Shown here one piece after another: positions 18,686-29,446 of a stretch of 64,000 nt of DNA. The position numbers were made by a program, and so were the translations under genes. Below the pieces are notes generated by a model. That model had not been told where the DNA came from and ran no database searches. It saw only the letters and a list, made by a program, of their open reading frames with translations. The stretch comes from Marinosulfonomonas sp. (GTDB lineage Bacteria > Pseudomonadota > Alphaproteobacteria > Rhodobacterales > Rhodobacteraceae): contig WFNH01000034.1 in NCBI GenBank assembly GCA_015488685.1, positions 15,190 to 79,189 on the forward strand, written 5' to 3'. Every line of letters begins with the position of its first letter. Positions within the stretch are counted from its first letter, which is position 1.

Positions 18686-20041
18686 ATGTCCAACTCAAAA
18701 CTCACACGTCGCGGCCTGCTGAAAACAGGTGCGGTGGCTGGTGCAGGTCTAGCGATGCCAACCCTGTTCACCAGCAATGTCTGGGCCGGTAGCGGCGGTT
18801 ATACCAACGCACCAACCGGCGGCAAAGTCATTCTTGGCTTTAACGTGCCCCAGTCCGGCCCCTATGCGGATGAAGGCGGCGACGAACTGCGCGCCTATCA
18901 GCTGGCGGTCGAGCACCTGAACGGTGAAGGCGACGGCGGTATGCTGAACAAGTTCAGCTCCAAGGCGCTGGATGGCACCGGCATCCTTGGCAACAAGGTT
19001 GAATTCGTCACCGGCGACACACAGACCAAATCGGACGCGGCCCGCGCTTCGGCCAAATCCATGATCGAGAAAGACGGCGCGGTGATGATCACCGGCGGCT
19101 CATCTTCAGGCGTGGCGATTGCTGTGCAGGGCCTGTGTCAAGAGGCAGGCGTTATCTTTATGGCCGGTCTGACCCACTCGAACGACACCACGGGTAAAGA
19201 CAAGAAAGCCAACGGTTTCCGCCATTTCTTTAACGCCTATATGTCTGCCGCTGCGCTGGCACCGGTGCTGAAGGATCTTTATGGCGCGGATCGCAAGGCC
19301 TATCACCTGACAGCCGACTATACATGGGGCTGGACGCAAGAAGCCTCGATCAAGCAGGCAACCGAAGCGATGGGCTGGGAAACCGTGAACGCGGTGAAAA
19401 CCCCGCTGGCCACAACCGACTTCAGCTCTTATGTTGCGCCGGTTCTGAACTCGGGTGCCGATGTGCTGGTGCTGAACCACTACGGCGGCAACATGGTGAA
19501 CTCGCTGACCGCTGCGGTGCAGTTCGGTCTGCGCGACAAGATGGTCAACGGCAAAAAGTTCGAGATCGTTGTGCCGCTCTATTCACGTCTGATGGCCAAA
19601 GGCGCCGGCGAAAACGTTAAGGGCATTCTTGGCTCGACCAACTGGCATTGGTCCCTGACCGATGATGGCTCCAAGGCGTTTGTTAAATCGTTTGGCACCA
19701 AATACGGCTTCCCACCGTCGCAGGCCGCCCATACGGTTTACTGCCAGACCCTGCTGTATGCCGACGCATGTCAGCGCGCAGGCAGCCATAACCCCTGTGC
19801 AGTAGGCGAAGCGCTGGAAGGGTTCACTTTCGACGGTCTGGGCAACGGTGCAACCGAGTATCGTGCCGCTGATCACCAGTGCTTCAAAGACGTGCTGGTC
19901 GTGCGCGGTAAGGAAAACCCGGAAAACGAGTTTGACCTTCTGGAAGTTGTGCAGATCACCCCGCGGGCACAGGTGGAATATGCCCCTGACAACCCGATGT
20001 TTGCCGGTGGCGAACTGGGTAAATGTAACCCGGGCGCATAA
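18686..20041 (+). CDS. ABC transporter substrate-binding protein, LivJ/amide-type family, Tat signal
   Basis: 451 aa. Twin-arginine leader 'LTRRGLLKTGAVAGAGLAMP'. Periplasmic-binding-protein type I pattern ('ILGFNVPQSGPYADEG..AYQLAVEHLN..VEFVTGDTQ'). GGGAGGA SD. Confidence 0.9.
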   Translation: MSNSKLTRRGLLKTGAVAGAGLAMPTLFTSNVWAGSGGYTNAPTGGKVILGFNVPQSGPYADEGGDELRAYQLAVEHLNGEGDGGMLNKFSSKALDGTGILGNKVEFVTGDTQTKSDAARASAKSMIEKDGAVMITGGSSSGVAIAVQGLCQEAGVIFMAGLTHSNDTTGKDKKANGFRHFFNAYMSAAALAPVLKDLYGADRKAYHLTADYTWGWTQEASIKQATEAMGWETVNAVKTPLATTDFSSYVAPVLNSGADVLVLNHYGGNMVNSLTAAVQFGLRDKMVNGKKFEIVVPLYSRLMAKGAGENVKGILGSTNWHWSLTDDGSKAFVKSFGTKYGFPPSQAAHTVYCQTLLYADACQRAGSHNPCAVGEALEGFTFDGLGNGATEYRAADHQCFKDVLVVRGKENPENEFDLLEVVQITPRAQVEYAPDNPMFAGGELGKCNPGA

Positions 20042-20067
20042 ATTAGCCACCACTCAATACGGCTACA

Positions 20068-20097
20068 CCCGGTCGCGCGATCCTTCGTGCGGCCGGG
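20068..20097 (+). other. Intercistronic stem-loop after the binding-protein gene
   Basis: CCCGGUCGC-(12 nt)-GCGGCCGGG forms a 9-bp stem (one G-U pair). It starts 27 nt after the SBP stop and has no U-tract. It fits the usual SBP-mRNA stabiliser/attenuator position in ABC operons. Confidence 0.45.
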
Positions 20098-20126
20098 CAT
20101 AATGACATTCACATCGGGCGGGGACG

Positions 20127-21158
20127 ATGGACCAGATACTTCTTCAAATTCTGAACGGACTGGACAAGGGCAGCGCCTATGCGCTGATCGCACTTGGACT
20201 GACCCTTATTTTCGGCACCTTGGGTGTGGTGAATTTTGCCCACGGGGCCTTGTTCATGATCGGCGCGTTCTGCGCGGTGACCTTACAAAAAATCCTGAAC
20301 CTGTCCAGCGTGGTTCTGGATCCGACCAAAACCGATTTTCTGGGCAATCCGGCCAAGGTGAAAACCCCTTACGTGGAAACATGGTTCGGCCATGACATGG
20401 GGGCCGCACTTATTGACTGGTCGGTGCCATTGGCCATCCTGTTTTCCATCCCGATCATGATCCTGATCGGTTTCATCATGGAACGCGGGTTGATCAAGCA
20501 TTTCTACCACCGCCCCCATGCCGACCAGATCCTTGTGACCTTTGGTCTGGCGATCGTTTTGCAGGAAATCATCAAACAGTTTTTCGGCGCCAACCCGATC
20601 CCGACAGGCGCCCCCGACGCCTTCAAAGGCTCGTTCGATTTTGGCGTCTACATGGGGTTTGACCCCAATGCCATCATATATCCCTACTGGCGGATGATCT
20701 ATTTTACGTTCTCGCTTGTTGTTATCGGTGCTGTGTTTGCCTTCCTGCGGTTCACCACCTTCGGCATGGTCGTGCGGGCCGGCATGGCCGACCGCGAAAC
20801 TGTTGGTCTGCTGGGCATCAACATCGACAAACGCTTTACCATCATGTTCGGCATCGCCGCAGCTGTGGCCGGTATGGCAGGTGTGATGTATGCGCCAATC
20901 AATTCGCCGAATTACCACATGGGCATGGATTTTCTTGTGCTGTCCTTTGTCGTGGTCGTGGTCGGCGGCATGGGCAGCCTGCCGGGCGCTGTGCTGGCGG
21001 GGTTCCTGCTGGGTATCCTCGAAAGCTTTGCCTCGATGAACGAAATCAAGTCGATCTTTCCGGGGATTGACCAAATTATCATTTACCTGACCGCCATCGT
21101 CATTCTGCTGGTTCGCCCGCGCGGGCTGATGGGCAAACGCGGCGTGATGGAGGAATAA
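20127..21158 (+). CDS. Branched-chain-amino-acid-type ABC permease (LivH family)
   Basis: 343 aa, polytopic. '[33 protein letters not shown]' is the LivH N-terminal signature. Confidence 0.9.
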   Translation: MDQILLQILNGLDKGSAYALIALGLTLIFGTLGVVNFAHGALFMIGAFCAVTLQKILNLSSVVLDPTKTDFLGNPAKVKTPYVETWFGHDMGAALIDWSVPLAILFSIPIMILIGFIMERGLIKHFYHRPHADQILVTFGLAIVLQEIIKQFFGANPIPTGAPDAFKGSFDFGVYMGFDPNAIIYPYWRMIYFTFSLVVIGAVFAFLRFTTFGMVVRAGMADRETVGLLGINIDKRFTIMFGIAAAVAGMAGVMYAPINSPNYHMGMDFLVLSFVVVVVGGMGSLPGAVLAGFLLGILESFASMNEIKSIFPGIDQIIIYLTAIVILLVRPRGLMGKRGVMEE

Positions 21159-21162
21159 GACC

Positions 21163-22368
21163 ATGCTGGGCCTGAATAAACGCGATACATCGTTCCTGCT
21201 GATTGTGATCCTGCTGACGATGACCACCCCGTTCCTGATGCAACCCTTTGCCGAAAACAGCCCGTTGGCGCAGTTTAATGGCGGGTATCCCGACCTGATG
21301 GCCAAAGTGGCGATTTTCGGCATCTTTGCGATGGGGTTCAATATCCTGTTCGGCCTGACCGGATACCTGTCCTTTGGCCACGCGGCCTTTTTGGGGGTCG
21401 GGTCATACGCCGCCGTCTGGATGTTCAAACTGCTGACCCTGAACGTATTGCCCGCCGTGATCCTTGCGGTGATCATGTCCGGCATCTTTTCCCTGCTGAT
21501 CGGCTGGATCAGTTTGCGCCGCTCGGGCATCTATTTCTCGATCCTGACCCTTGCGATGGCGGAAATGAGCTATCGACTGGCCTATTCGGTTCTAACCCCG
21601 CTGACCAACGGCGAAACCGGATTACAGGTGCGCCCGAATGATCCGCGCATTCTGGACAGTGCCACATCGGCAAATTACCCCAACCTGTTCGGACTGGAGT
21701 TAAGCTCGTCCTATCACTGGAAGGTTCTGGGCCATGATTTTACCTTCAACGTAGGTTTCTATTTCTGCGCCGTGATCGCGATCATCGCGTTTTATATCAG
21801 CATGCGCATATTCCGTTCGCCCTTTGGCATGATGCTGCGGGCGGTAAAATCGAACCAGCAACGCATGTCCTATACCGGCCTGGACCCCCGCCCCTACACA
21901 TTGGCCGCCTTTGTGATTTCGGGCATGTATGCCGGTCTGGCCGGTGGCTTGCTGGCGGCAATGGACCCGCTTGCCGGTGCCGAACGGATGCAATGGACCG
22001 TTGGCGGCGAAGTGGTGATCATGACCATCCTTGGCGGTGCCGGCACTTTGCTGGGGCCGGTGCTGGGCGCGGGTGCGATCAAATATCTGGAGAACATCTT
22101 TTCCAAGATCAACGACAACGTGCTGGATGGCTGGTTTTCCTTCCTGCCGGATACAGTCCGCGAATACGTTGTCTGGTTCTTCTCGCGCTTTACCGGCGAA
22201 GGCTGGGCGCTGACGCTCGGCCTGATGTTCATGCTGGTTGTGACATTCCTGCCCGGCGGGCTGGTCGAAGGTGGCAAACGCATTGGCGCGCTGTTTAGAC
22301 GCAAACCCAAAGACGACGGGGACGACGCCGAACACCCCCCCCATTCCACACCGCATGTGGCCGAGTAA
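21163..22368 (+). CDS. Branched-chain-amino-acid-type ABC permease (LivM family)
   Basis: 401 aa. '[25 protein letters not shown]' is the LivM signature. Lies 4 nt after livH-like. Confidence 0.9.
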   Translation: MLGLNKRDTSFLLIVILLTMTTPFLMQPFAENSPLAQFNGGYPDLMAKVAIFGIFAMGFNILFGLTGYLSFGHAAFLGVGSYAAVWMFKLLTLNVLPAVILAVIMSGIFSLLIGWISLRRSGIYFSILTLAMAEMSYRLAYSVLTPLTNGETGLQVRPNDPRILDSATSANYPNLFGLELSSSYHWKVLGHDFTFNVGFYFCAVIAIIAFYISMRIFRSPFGMMLRAVKSNQQRMSYTGLDPRPYTLAAFVISGMYAGLAGGLLAAMDPLAGAERMQWTVGGEVVIMTILGGAGTLLGPVLGAGAIKYLENIFSKINDNVLDGWFSFLPDTVREYVVWFFSRFTGEGWALTLGLMFMLVVTFLPGGLVEGGKRIGALFRRKPKDDGDDAEHPPHSTPHVAE

Positions 22369-22380
22369 GGAGAAACGATT

Positions 22381-23142
22381 ATGGGTATCCTTGAAGTCAA
22401 AAATGTCGGCAAACGCTTTGGCGGGCTGCAAGCCCTGAGAGATGTGAACCTGTCAGTGACAGAAAACACCGTGCATGCGATCATCGGCCCCAACGGGGCG
22501 GGCAAATCGACCCTGCTGAATGTACTGGTCGGCAAACTGATCCCCGACACGGGATCGGTGATGTTCGACGGACAATCGGTGCTGGGCCGCAAGCCGCATG
22601 AAATCAACCAGATGGGCATTTCCCGCGTGTTCCAGACACCGGAAATTTTTGGCGACCTGACTGTGATGGAAAACGTGATGATCCCCTGCTTCGCACGGCG
22701 CGACGGATCATTCCGGGTACATGCCTTTGAAACCGTAGCGCAGGAACGCGACATCATCGACGAAGCCGAACACATGCTGGCGGATGTCAACATGCTGGAC
22801 AAACGCGATATGCACGCAGCCTCGCTTTCGCGCGGAGATAAACGGCGGTTGGAAATGGCGATGTGTCTGGTGCAAAAACCACGCCTGTTGCTGCTGGACG
22901 AGCCCACAGCGGGTATGGCGCGCGCCGACACCAACAACACCATTGATCTGCTGAAACACATCCGCGACACCCGCGACATCACAATGGCAATCATTGAACA
23001 CGACATGCACGTTGTGTTTTCCTTGGCCGAGCGCATCACCGTTCTGGCCCAAGGCACGCCACTGGTCGAGGACACACCGGAAAACATCAAAGGCCACCCC
23101 AAGGTAAAAGAAGCCTACCTTGGCGAACAGGCGCAGGAATAA
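22381..23142 (+). CDS. ABC transporter ATP-binding protein (LivG family)
   Basis: 253 aa. Walker A 'GPNGAGKST', signature 'LSRGDKRRLEMA', Walker B 'LLLLDEPTAG'. Confidence 0.93.
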   Translation: MGILEVKNVGKRFGGLQALRDVNLSVTENTVHAIIGPNGAGKSTLLNVLVGKLIPDTGSVMFDGQSVLGRKPHEINQMGISRVFQTPEIFGDLTVMENVMIPCFARRDGSFRVHAFETVAQERDIIDEAEHMLADVNMLDKRDMHAASLSRGDKRRLEMAMCLVQKPRLLLLDEPTAGMARADTNNTIDLLKHIRDTRDITMAIIEHDMHVVFSLAERITVLAQGTPLVEDTPENIKGHPKVKEAYLGEQAQE

Positions 23143-23146
23143 AACT

Positions 23147-23881
23147 ATGAGCCAAACCGAAAACATCCCTTCTGCCCCCACCTTTTTCTCGGTCTCGGAC
23201 ATCCACGCATACTATGGCGAAAGCTATATCGTTCAGGGCGTTTCCTTTAACGTCCAAGAAGGCGAAATTCTGGCCCTGCTGGGCCGCAACGGCGCTGGCA
23301 AAACATCGACTTTGCGCGCCATCGCCCGTCTGGACGATCCGCAGATGACCCACGGCGAAGTCTGGCTGGACCATCAGCCCCTGCACGAGATGAAGGCCTA
23401 TCAGGCCGCGCAGGCCGGATGCTCACTGGTGCCCGAGGACCGGCGTATCATCGCCGGTCTGACAGTCGAGGAAAACCTGCAACTGGCCCAGATTGTCGAA
23501 CCGGTCGGTTGGCCGCTGGAACGCCTTTACGAATTGTTCCCCCGCCTGAAAGAACGCCGCAAGCAAGAGGGCGTCACCCTGTCGGGCGGCGAACAACAGA
23601 TGCTGGCCATCGCCCGCGCCTTGGCCCGCGACATCAAGGTGCTGCTGCTGGACGAACCCTACGAAGGGCTGGCCCCCGTAATCGTGGACGAAATCGAAAA
23701 GACCCTGAACCTGATCAAGGAACAAGGCATCACCACCGTGATCGTCGAGCAAAATGCCCTGCGTGCCCTTGCCCTTGCCGATCGCGCCGTAATTCTGGAT
23801 ACTGGCACCGTTGTATTTGACGGGCTGGCCAGCGAGGTTCTGGAAAACGACGAGCTTCGCGCCGAATATCTGGCTATCTAA
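23147..23881 (+). CDS. ABC transporter ATP-binding protein (LivF family)
   Basis: 244 aa from ATG 23147 (AGGAA upstream). The track start at 23120 is TTG. Walker A 'GRNGAGKTS', signature 'LSGGEQQMLAIA', Walker B 'VLLLDEPYEG'. Confidence 0.92.
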   Translation: MSQTENIPSAPTFFSVSDIHAYYGESYIVQGVSFNVQEGEILALLGRNGAGKTSTLRAIARLDDPQMTHGEVWLDHQPLHEMKAYQAAQAGCSLVPEDRRIIAGLTVEENLQLAQIVEPVGWPLERLYELFPRLKERRKQEGVTLSGGEQQMLAIARALARDIKVLLLDEPYEGLAPVIVDEIEKTLNLIKEQGITTVIVEQNALRALALADRAVILDTGTVVFDGLASEVLENDELRAEYLAI

Positions 23882-23938
23882 TTCTGACCTGCCCGCGCCA
23901 CGGGCCTATTGATAACTCATGTCTCCGGAGACCTGAAA

Positions 23939-25888
23939 ATGACCGATAAAACCTATCCCCCCTCACCCGAATTTGTTGCCAATGCCCATGCGGACAAGGC
24001 CAAGTATGATGCGATGTATCAGGCATCGATGCAGGACCCCGATGCGTTCTGGGGTGAACACGGTAAACGTATCGACTGGATCGAACCTTATACCAAAGTG
24101 AAGAACACCGATTTCACGCTGGGCCAGGTCGACATCAAATGGTACGAGGACGGCACCTTGAACGTGGCCGCCAACTGTATCGACCGCCACCTTGCCACCC
24201 GTGGCGATCAAGCCGCGATTATATTCGAGCCGGACGACCCAAAAACACCCGCCCAACACATCACCTATAACCAGTTGCACGACAAGGTGAACCGGATGGC
24301 GAATGTGCTGCTGTCCCAAGGCGTGATGCGCGGTGAACGCGTGGTGATCTATATGCCGATGATCCCCGAAGCCGCCTATGCCATGCTGGCCTGTGCCCGT
24401 ATCGGTGCCATCCACTCGGTGGTGTTTGCAGGCTTTAGCCCCGACGCACTGGCCAACCGGATCAATGATTGCGATGCCCGCGTGCTGATCACAGCGGACG
24501 AAGCCCCGCGCGGCGGGCGCAAGACCCCGTTGAAATCAAATGCCGATGCGGCCCTGTTGCACTGTTCCGACAAGGTGCGCTGTCTGGTGGTGAAACACAC
24601 CGGCGGCCAAACAACCTGGATTCAAGACCGCGATGTCGATGTGCTGGCATTGATGGAAACCGCCAGCCCCGATTGCCCGCCCCGCCCGATGAATGCGGAA
24701 GATCCGCTGTTTATCCTGTACACATCCGGCTCGACCGGCAAGCCGAAGGGTGTGCAGCATTCCAGCGGCGGCTATCTGGTCTATGCGGCGATGACGCATC
24801 AATATACCTTTGATTACCACGATGGTGATGTGTTCTGGTGCACCGCCGACGTGGGCTGGGTCACCGGTCACAGCTATATCGTCTATGGTCCGCTGGCCAA
24901 CGGGGCCACCACGCTGATGTTCGAAGGCGTGCCCACCTACCCCGACGCCAGCCGCTTCTGGCAGGTTTGCGAAAAGCACAAGGTCAACCAGTTCTACACC
25001 GCCCCCACCGCCATCCGCGCGCTGATGGCTTATGGCAATGATCCGGTCACCACCTGTGATCTGTCATCGCTGAAGCTGCTGGGCACCGTGGGCGAGCCGA
25101 TCAACCCCGAGGCATGGAACTGGTACAACGATGTTGTCGGCAAAGGCAAACTGCCCATCGTCGATACATGGTGGCAGACCGAAACCGGTGGCCATATGCT
25201 CACCCCCCTGCCCGGTGCAACCGCGACCAAACCCGGCTCGGCCACACTGCCGTTCTTTGGCGTGAAACCGGTGGTTCTGGACCCGCAAAGCGGTGAGGAA
25301 AACGTCGATGTCGAAACCGAAGGCGTATTGGCCATTGCCGACAGCTGGCCGGGCCAGATGCGCACGATATATGGCGATCACGAACGGTTCGAAAAGACAT
25401 ATTTCTCCGATTACAAAGGCTACTTCTTTTCCGGTGACGGCTGTCGCCGTGACGAGGACGGCTATTACTGGATCACCGGCCGTGTGGACGACGTGATCAA
25501 TGTTTCAGGTCACCGCATGGGCACCGCCGAAGTTGAAAGCGCCCTTGTGGCGCATGTCGATGTGGCCGAAGCCGCCGTTGTCGGTTATCCTCACAATATC
25601 AAGGGTCAGGGGATTTATGCCTACGTCACCCTGATGAACGGTGTCGAGCCAACGGACGAGCTGCGCAAGGACCTGGAAAAATGGGTCCGCACGGAAATCG
25701 GCCCGATCGCCAAACCCGATTTGATCCAGTGGGCGCCGGGCCTGCCCAAAACCCGTTCCGGGAAAATCATGCGCCGTATCCTGCGCAAGATTGCCGAGAA
25801 TGACTACGACGCGCTGGGCGACACCTCGACCCTTGCCGACCCCAGTGTTGTGGATGAACTGATCGAAAACCGGATGAACAAAGGGTAG
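23939..25888 (+). CDS. acs: Acetyl-CoA synthetase (AMP-forming)
   Basis: 649 aa from ATG 23939 (GGAGA SD). 'YPPSPEF..NAH', '[13 protein letters not shown]', '[17 protein letters not shown]', '[18 protein letters not shown]' are classic Acs strings. Confidence 0.96.
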   Translation: MTDKTYPPSPEFVANAHADKAKYDAMYQASMQDPDAFWGEHGKRIDWIEPYTKVKNTDFTLGQVDIKWYEDGTLNVAANCIDRHLATRGDQAAIIFEPDDPKTPAQHITYNQLHDKVNRMANVLLSQGVMRGERVVIYMPMIPEAAYAMLACARIGAIHSVVFAGFSPDALANRINDCDARVLITADEAPRGGRKTPLKSNADAALLHCSDKVRCLVVKHTGGQTTWIQDRDVDVLALMETASPDCPPRPMNAEDPLFILYTSGSTGKPKGVQHSSGGYLVYAAMTHQYTFDYHDGDVFWCTADVGWVTGHSYIVYGPLANGATTLMFEGVPTYPDASRFWQVCEKHKVNQFYTAPTAIRALMAYGNDPVTTCDLSSLKLLGTVGEPINPEAWNWYNDVVGKGKLPIVDTWWQTETGGHMLTPLPGATATKPGSATLPFFGVKPVVLDPQSGEENVDVETEGVLAIADSWPGQMRTIYGDHERFEKTYFSDYKGYFFSGDGCRRDEDGYYWITGRVDDVINVSGHRMGTAEVESALVAHVDVAEAAVVGYPHNIKGQGIYAYVTLMNGVEPTDELRKDLEKWVRTEIGPIAKPDLIQWAPGLPKTRSGKIMRRILRKIAENDYDALGDTSTLADPSVVDELIENRMNKG

Positions 25889-25917
25889 AAACCTGCCCGC
25901 CATCTTTGGCAAGAAAA

Positions 25918-25948
25918 GGCCGGCCATTCTTTGTGGCTGGCCTTTTTT
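25918..25948 (+). terminator. Rho-independent terminator after acs
   Basis: GGCCGGCCA-UUCUUUG-UGGCUGGCC (9-bp stem) followed by UUUUUU, starting 30 nt after the acs stop. Confidence 0.75.
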
Positions 25949-26055
25949 GTTGCTTTATACCTGCGGTTTACGCGCTTGATCTAAAGGTTTATTGCGGTTG
26001 GCATCTCGAAACACTTTATCAGCTAACAGACTTTAACTCGTAATAAGGACACACA

Positions 26056-26520
26056 ATGCCCCCCATCGAACAAATCCACCCTATGGTGCTGCACTTTCCC
26101 ATTGTTTTGATCATGATCCTTGCCGTTCATGACCTGTTTGGCCTGTCGCGCGGTTTGCCACTGGGTGGCCGTGGCACCTATGCCACGGTTGCCACATCCA
26201 TCGCTGTTACAGCCGGTGCCTCCGCCCTTTTGGCTGCCTTCTTTGGCGATATCGCGCTGGATACAGCGGTCGATCGCGGCTTTCAGGACGGGCTGGCCGA
26301 AATGCACGAAGGCCTTGGGTCGACTGCAGGAACATTATTTGCCATCTGGGCCGCAGTGCGGGCCTTTGTCTGGTGGCGTTCGATTGAAATCACGGGCTGG
26401 AAATCCAGCCTAGTTGCCATTGTCGATATTGCGCTGGTTTTGCTAGTGATTGTCACGGCCTATTTCGGTGGACAGCTTGTCTATGAATATGGCGTTAATG
26501 TCGCTCCGGTTATGAAGTAA
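26056..26520 (+). CDS. DUF2231-like membrane protein
   Basis: 154 aa with four TM segments. 'IHPMVLHFPIVL' is the His-containing first helix typical of DUF2231. Recognised by eye. Confidence 0.65.
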   Translation: MPPIEQIHPMVLHFPIVLIMILAVHDLFGLSRGLPLGGRGTYATVATSIAVTAGASALLAAFFGDIALDTAVDRGFQDGLAEMHEGLGSTAGTLFAIWAAVRAFVWWRSIEITGWKSSLVAIVDIALVLLVIVTAYFGGQLVYEYGVNVAPVMK

Positions 26521-26534
26521 CCGTAAAATACAAT

Positions 26535-26557
26535 GGCGGGGCCATAACGGCCCCGCC
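26535..26557. terminator. Bidirectional terminator hairpin between convergent genes
   Basis: GGCGGGGCC-AUAAC-GGCCCCGCC, a perfect 9-bp GC stem. T-rich tracts on both sides (AAATTTGTTTT on +, TTTT on -). Confidence 0.6.
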
Positions 26558-26586
26558 AAATTTGTTTTCATTTGTCGAAGAACGGC

Positions 26587-27576
26587 TTACTTAAGCGCGA
26601 TATCCGTTACAACATGTGTCCAGGCCCCTTCAGGTGCCTTGGAGATTACAGGGTCCGAACCGCCACCCATCAGAGTATCGACTGTGCGCTGATAATCGGC
26701 CGGGTCCAGTTCGCCATTTGATCCGGCAGTCAGTTTGGCCACCTCGCCCATCATACGAACCTGATGCTTTTCGGTCTGTGCGCCGGTTTCATCGGCTTCA
26801 AGAACGATCAAAGCGGCATCCTTGGGATGCTCTTCGGCCCATTTCCAGCCCTTCATGGATGCACGTACGAAACGGGCCAGCTTGTCCACTTCGGCCGGGT
26901 CAGACAGCTTGTCTTCCAGCACATACAGACCATCCTCAAGCGTCGCAACGCCCTGATCCTCGTATTTGAAGGTTACCAGATCATCAGCCGCAATACCCGC
27001 ATCAATGATCTGCCAGTATTCGTTATAGGTCATGGTCGACACACAGGCTGCCTGACCTTGCAGGATCGGGTCAACGTTAAAGCCCTGTTTCAGAACCGTC
27101 ACGCCATCCGGCCCGCCATCGGTGGACAGTCCCAGTTTTCCCATCCATGTCAGGAACGGATATTCGTTGCCGTAGAACCAGACACCCAGTGTTTTACCGG
27201 CAAAATCGGCCGGCGTTTTGATGCCTGTATCCTTGCGGCACGTCAGCATCATGCCCGAGCGTTTGAAAGGCTGTGCAATATTCACCAGCGGCAGACCGCC
27301 TTCGCGCGCGGCCAAAGCAGATGGCATCCAGTCAATCACCACATCGGCACCGCCGCCGGCGATAACCTGTGCGGGGGCAATATCGGGGCCACCCGGGTTG
27401 ATAGTGACGTTCAGGTCTTCGTCTGAATAGTAACCGTTTTCCAGCGCCACATAGTAGCCGGCAAACTGTGCCTGCGTGACCCATTTCAATTGCAGCGTCA
27501 GATCATCTGCCGCCTGTGCCAGACCGGCAGCAAAGGCCATCGCACCGGCCAGCGCCGTTGTTAGTAGTTTGTTCAT
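26587..27576 (-). CDS. ABC transporter substrate-binding protein (NMT1/THI5-like, NitT/TauT family)
   Basis: 329 aa. Sec signal 'MNKLLTTALAGAMAFAAGLAQA'. 'LQLKWVTQAQFAGYYVA' is the typical NMT1-like start. Last gene of the pyrimidine-catabolism string. Confidence 0.85.
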   Translation of the reverse strand: MNKLLTTALAGAMAFAAGLAQAADDLTLQLKWVTQAQFAGYYVALENGYYSDEDLNVTINPGGPDIAPAQVIAGGGADVVIDWMPSALAAREGGLPLVNIAQPFKRSGMMLTCRKDTGIKTPADFAGKTLGVWFYGNEYPFLTWMGKLGLSTDGGPDGVTVLKQGFNVDPILQGQAACVSTMTYNEYWQIIDAGIAADDLVTFKYEDQGVATLEDGLYVLEDKLSDPAEVDKLARFVRASMKGWKWAEEHPKDAALIVLEADETGAQTEKHQVRMMGEVAKLTAGSNGELDPADYQRTVDTLMGGGSDPVISKAPEGAWTHVVTDIALK

Positions 27577-27615
27577 TTGGTATTCTCCCTAGTTGTAGTT
27601 CATTGGTATTATGAT

Positions 27616-28461
27616 TCAGCGTCTTTGTGAAGGGTGCCAGAATGTAACCCCCTTCTCGATCATCGCAACTGCGCCATAAAACGCCGATCCGGCAAGTGCG
27701 GCGACAAAAATTTCGGCCCAGACCATGTCCAATCCCAGACGGCCCACTTCGACCGAAATTCTGAACCCCATGCCGCGGGTCGGCGAACCAAAGAACTCAG
27801 CCACGATTGCACCGATCAGCGCCAAAGTGGTGGCAATCTTCAAGCCGTTGAAAATGGCGGGCATGGCGGCAGGCAGGCGCAATTTGAACAGCGTTTGCCA
27901 ATAACTCCCCGCATAGGTGCGCATCAGATCGCGTTGCATGCTATCGGTGGCCTTCAGCCCTTGCACCGTGTTCACCAGCATCGGAAAAAACACCATCACA
28001 ACAACCACAGCCGCCTTGGACTGCCAGTCAAAGCCGAACCACATCACCAGAATAGGCGCTGTGCCGATGATTGGCAGCGCTGCGATAAAGTTTCCCACCG
28101 GCAGCAAACCGCGTTGCAGGAATGGCGAGCGGTCAATCAGGATCGCAGTGATTACAGCCGCACTACAGCCGATGATATATCCGGTCAGCGCACCCTTCAC
28201 AAAGGTCTGCACCAGATCGCCCCACAGCACCGGAATTGAATCAACAACCTTTGCTGCAATCATCGACGGTGGGGGCAAGATAACAGGCGGCACTTGCAAC
28301 CCTTTTACCAACCCCTCCCAGATCACCAGAATGGTGATGCCGAAAATGGCCGGCACCGCAAATTTCACCGCCCGCGTGTTACGCCATTCGCTATTGGACA
28401 ACCAGATGTTCAGCCCATAGGCCGCCACCCAGAAGATCAGGACTCCGACAACCCACATCAT
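27616..28461 (-). CDS. ABC transporter permease (NitT/TauT family)
   Basis: 281 aa with 6 TM. EAA loop 'RDLMRTYAGSYWQTLFKLRLPAAMPAIFNGLK'. The start overlaps the upstream stop (ATGA). Confidence 0.88.
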   Translation of the reverse strand: MMWVVGVLIFWVAAYGLNIWLSNSEWRNTRAVKFAVPAIFGITILVIWEGLVKGLQVPPVILPPPSMIAAKVVDSIPVLWGDLVQTFVKGALTGYIIGCSAAVITAILIDRSPFLQRGLLPVGNFIAALPIIGTAPILVMWFGFDWQSKAAVVVVMVFFPMLVNTVQGLKATDSMQRDLMRTYAGSYWQTLFKLRLPAAMPAIFNGLKIATTLALIGAIVAEFFGSPTRGMGFRISVEVGRLGLDMVWAEIFVAALAGSAFYGAVAMIEKGVTFWHPSQRR

Positions 28462-29381
28462 TTGGCCATCCCCATTCGTTGAAGACTATAACGCTCGATC
28501 ATACCGATGATCCCGACCAAGGTTGCTGCCATGGCTGCCGCCGCAAACAGCGCCGCCCAAATCTGGATCGTCTGGCCGTAATAGCTGCCGGTCAGCATCC
28601 GCGCGCCCAGGCCCCGCAAGGGGCTGGCCGACAGTTCCGACACGATCGCCCCCACCAGCGCCCCCGCCATACCAATTTTCAGCGACGTGAACAGGTAAGG
28701 CGTAGAACTGGGCAGGCGCAGCGACCAGAAGGTGCGGCTTTTGCTGGCGTTATAGGTTTTCAGCAGGTCCAGTTGCATGTTGTCGGGGCTGCGCAGCCCC
28801 TTGACCATACCTACGACCACGGGAAAAAACGACAGGTAGGCCGCAATCACCGCTTTGGGCAACAGCCCCTGCATAAACGCCGGTTGATAGCCGAACAGCG
28901 CAGTGGCCGCCCCCTTGCCCAGAAAATCTGTGGCGCCGATTGTGGACATCACCACCACGATCATCGGTGCAATGGCGATGATCGGAACAGTTTGCGACGC
29001 GATTGCCCAAGGCATCACGCTCATATCCATCGCGCGGTTATGCACGATGCCGATGGCCAAAAGAATGCCCATGCCGGTGCCGAAAATGAACCCCAGCAAC
29101 GTGGCCGACAGGGTGATCCAGCCGTGGAACACCAAGGACCGTTTGGAGGTAATCTTTTTCTCGACCGTGGATTTATACAGCTCGGCTACAATCTGGTGAG
29201 GGGCCGGCAGAACAGGGCGTTCTTGCGACCAAGTATCCTTGACCAACTCGCCAAAGCTGACTTCGGTTCCGGCACGCGCAGCCTGATCATAAACCCATTT
29301 CGAGTTCATCCAGACGGACGCACCATACCAGATCACCATGATGGCAGCGACAACGGTGATAACAGGAAAGAAATTACGCAT
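28458..29381 (-). CDS. ABC transporter permease (NitT/TauT family)
   Basis: EAA loop 'LDLLKTYNASKSRTFWSLRLPSSTPYLFTSLK'. I prefer ATG 29381 (MRNFFPV., GGGGGA 5 nt upstream, 307 aa). The track ORF start at 29423 is also possible. Confidence 0.83.
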   Translation of the reverse strand: MRNFFPVITVVAAIMVIWYGASVWMNSKWVYDQAARAGTEVSFGELVKDTWSQERPVLPAPHQIVAELYKSTVEKKITSKRSLVFHGWITLSATLLGFIFGTGMGILLAIGIVHNRAMDMSVMPWAIASQTVPIIAIAPMIVVVMSTIGATDFLGKGAATALFGYQPAFMQGLLPKAVIAAYLSFFPVVVGMVKGLRSPDNMQLDLLKTYNASKSRTFWSLRLPSSTPYLFTSLKIGMAGALVGAIVSELSASPLRGLGARMLTGSYYGQTIQIWAALFAAAAMAATLVGIIGMIERYSLQRMGMAK

Positions 29382-29446
29382 GTTTTCCCCCTGCCTTTTT
29401 GCCATACGAAAAGCAGGCGCCATTCATACGCGGATCATACCATGAT

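Noticed and set aside
20283-23102. 415-aa and 402-aa minus-strand ORFs (20283-21530 and 21894-23102).
   Set aside because: Antisense shadows of the livH/livM/livG-like genes, which carry clear transporter motifs on the plus strand.
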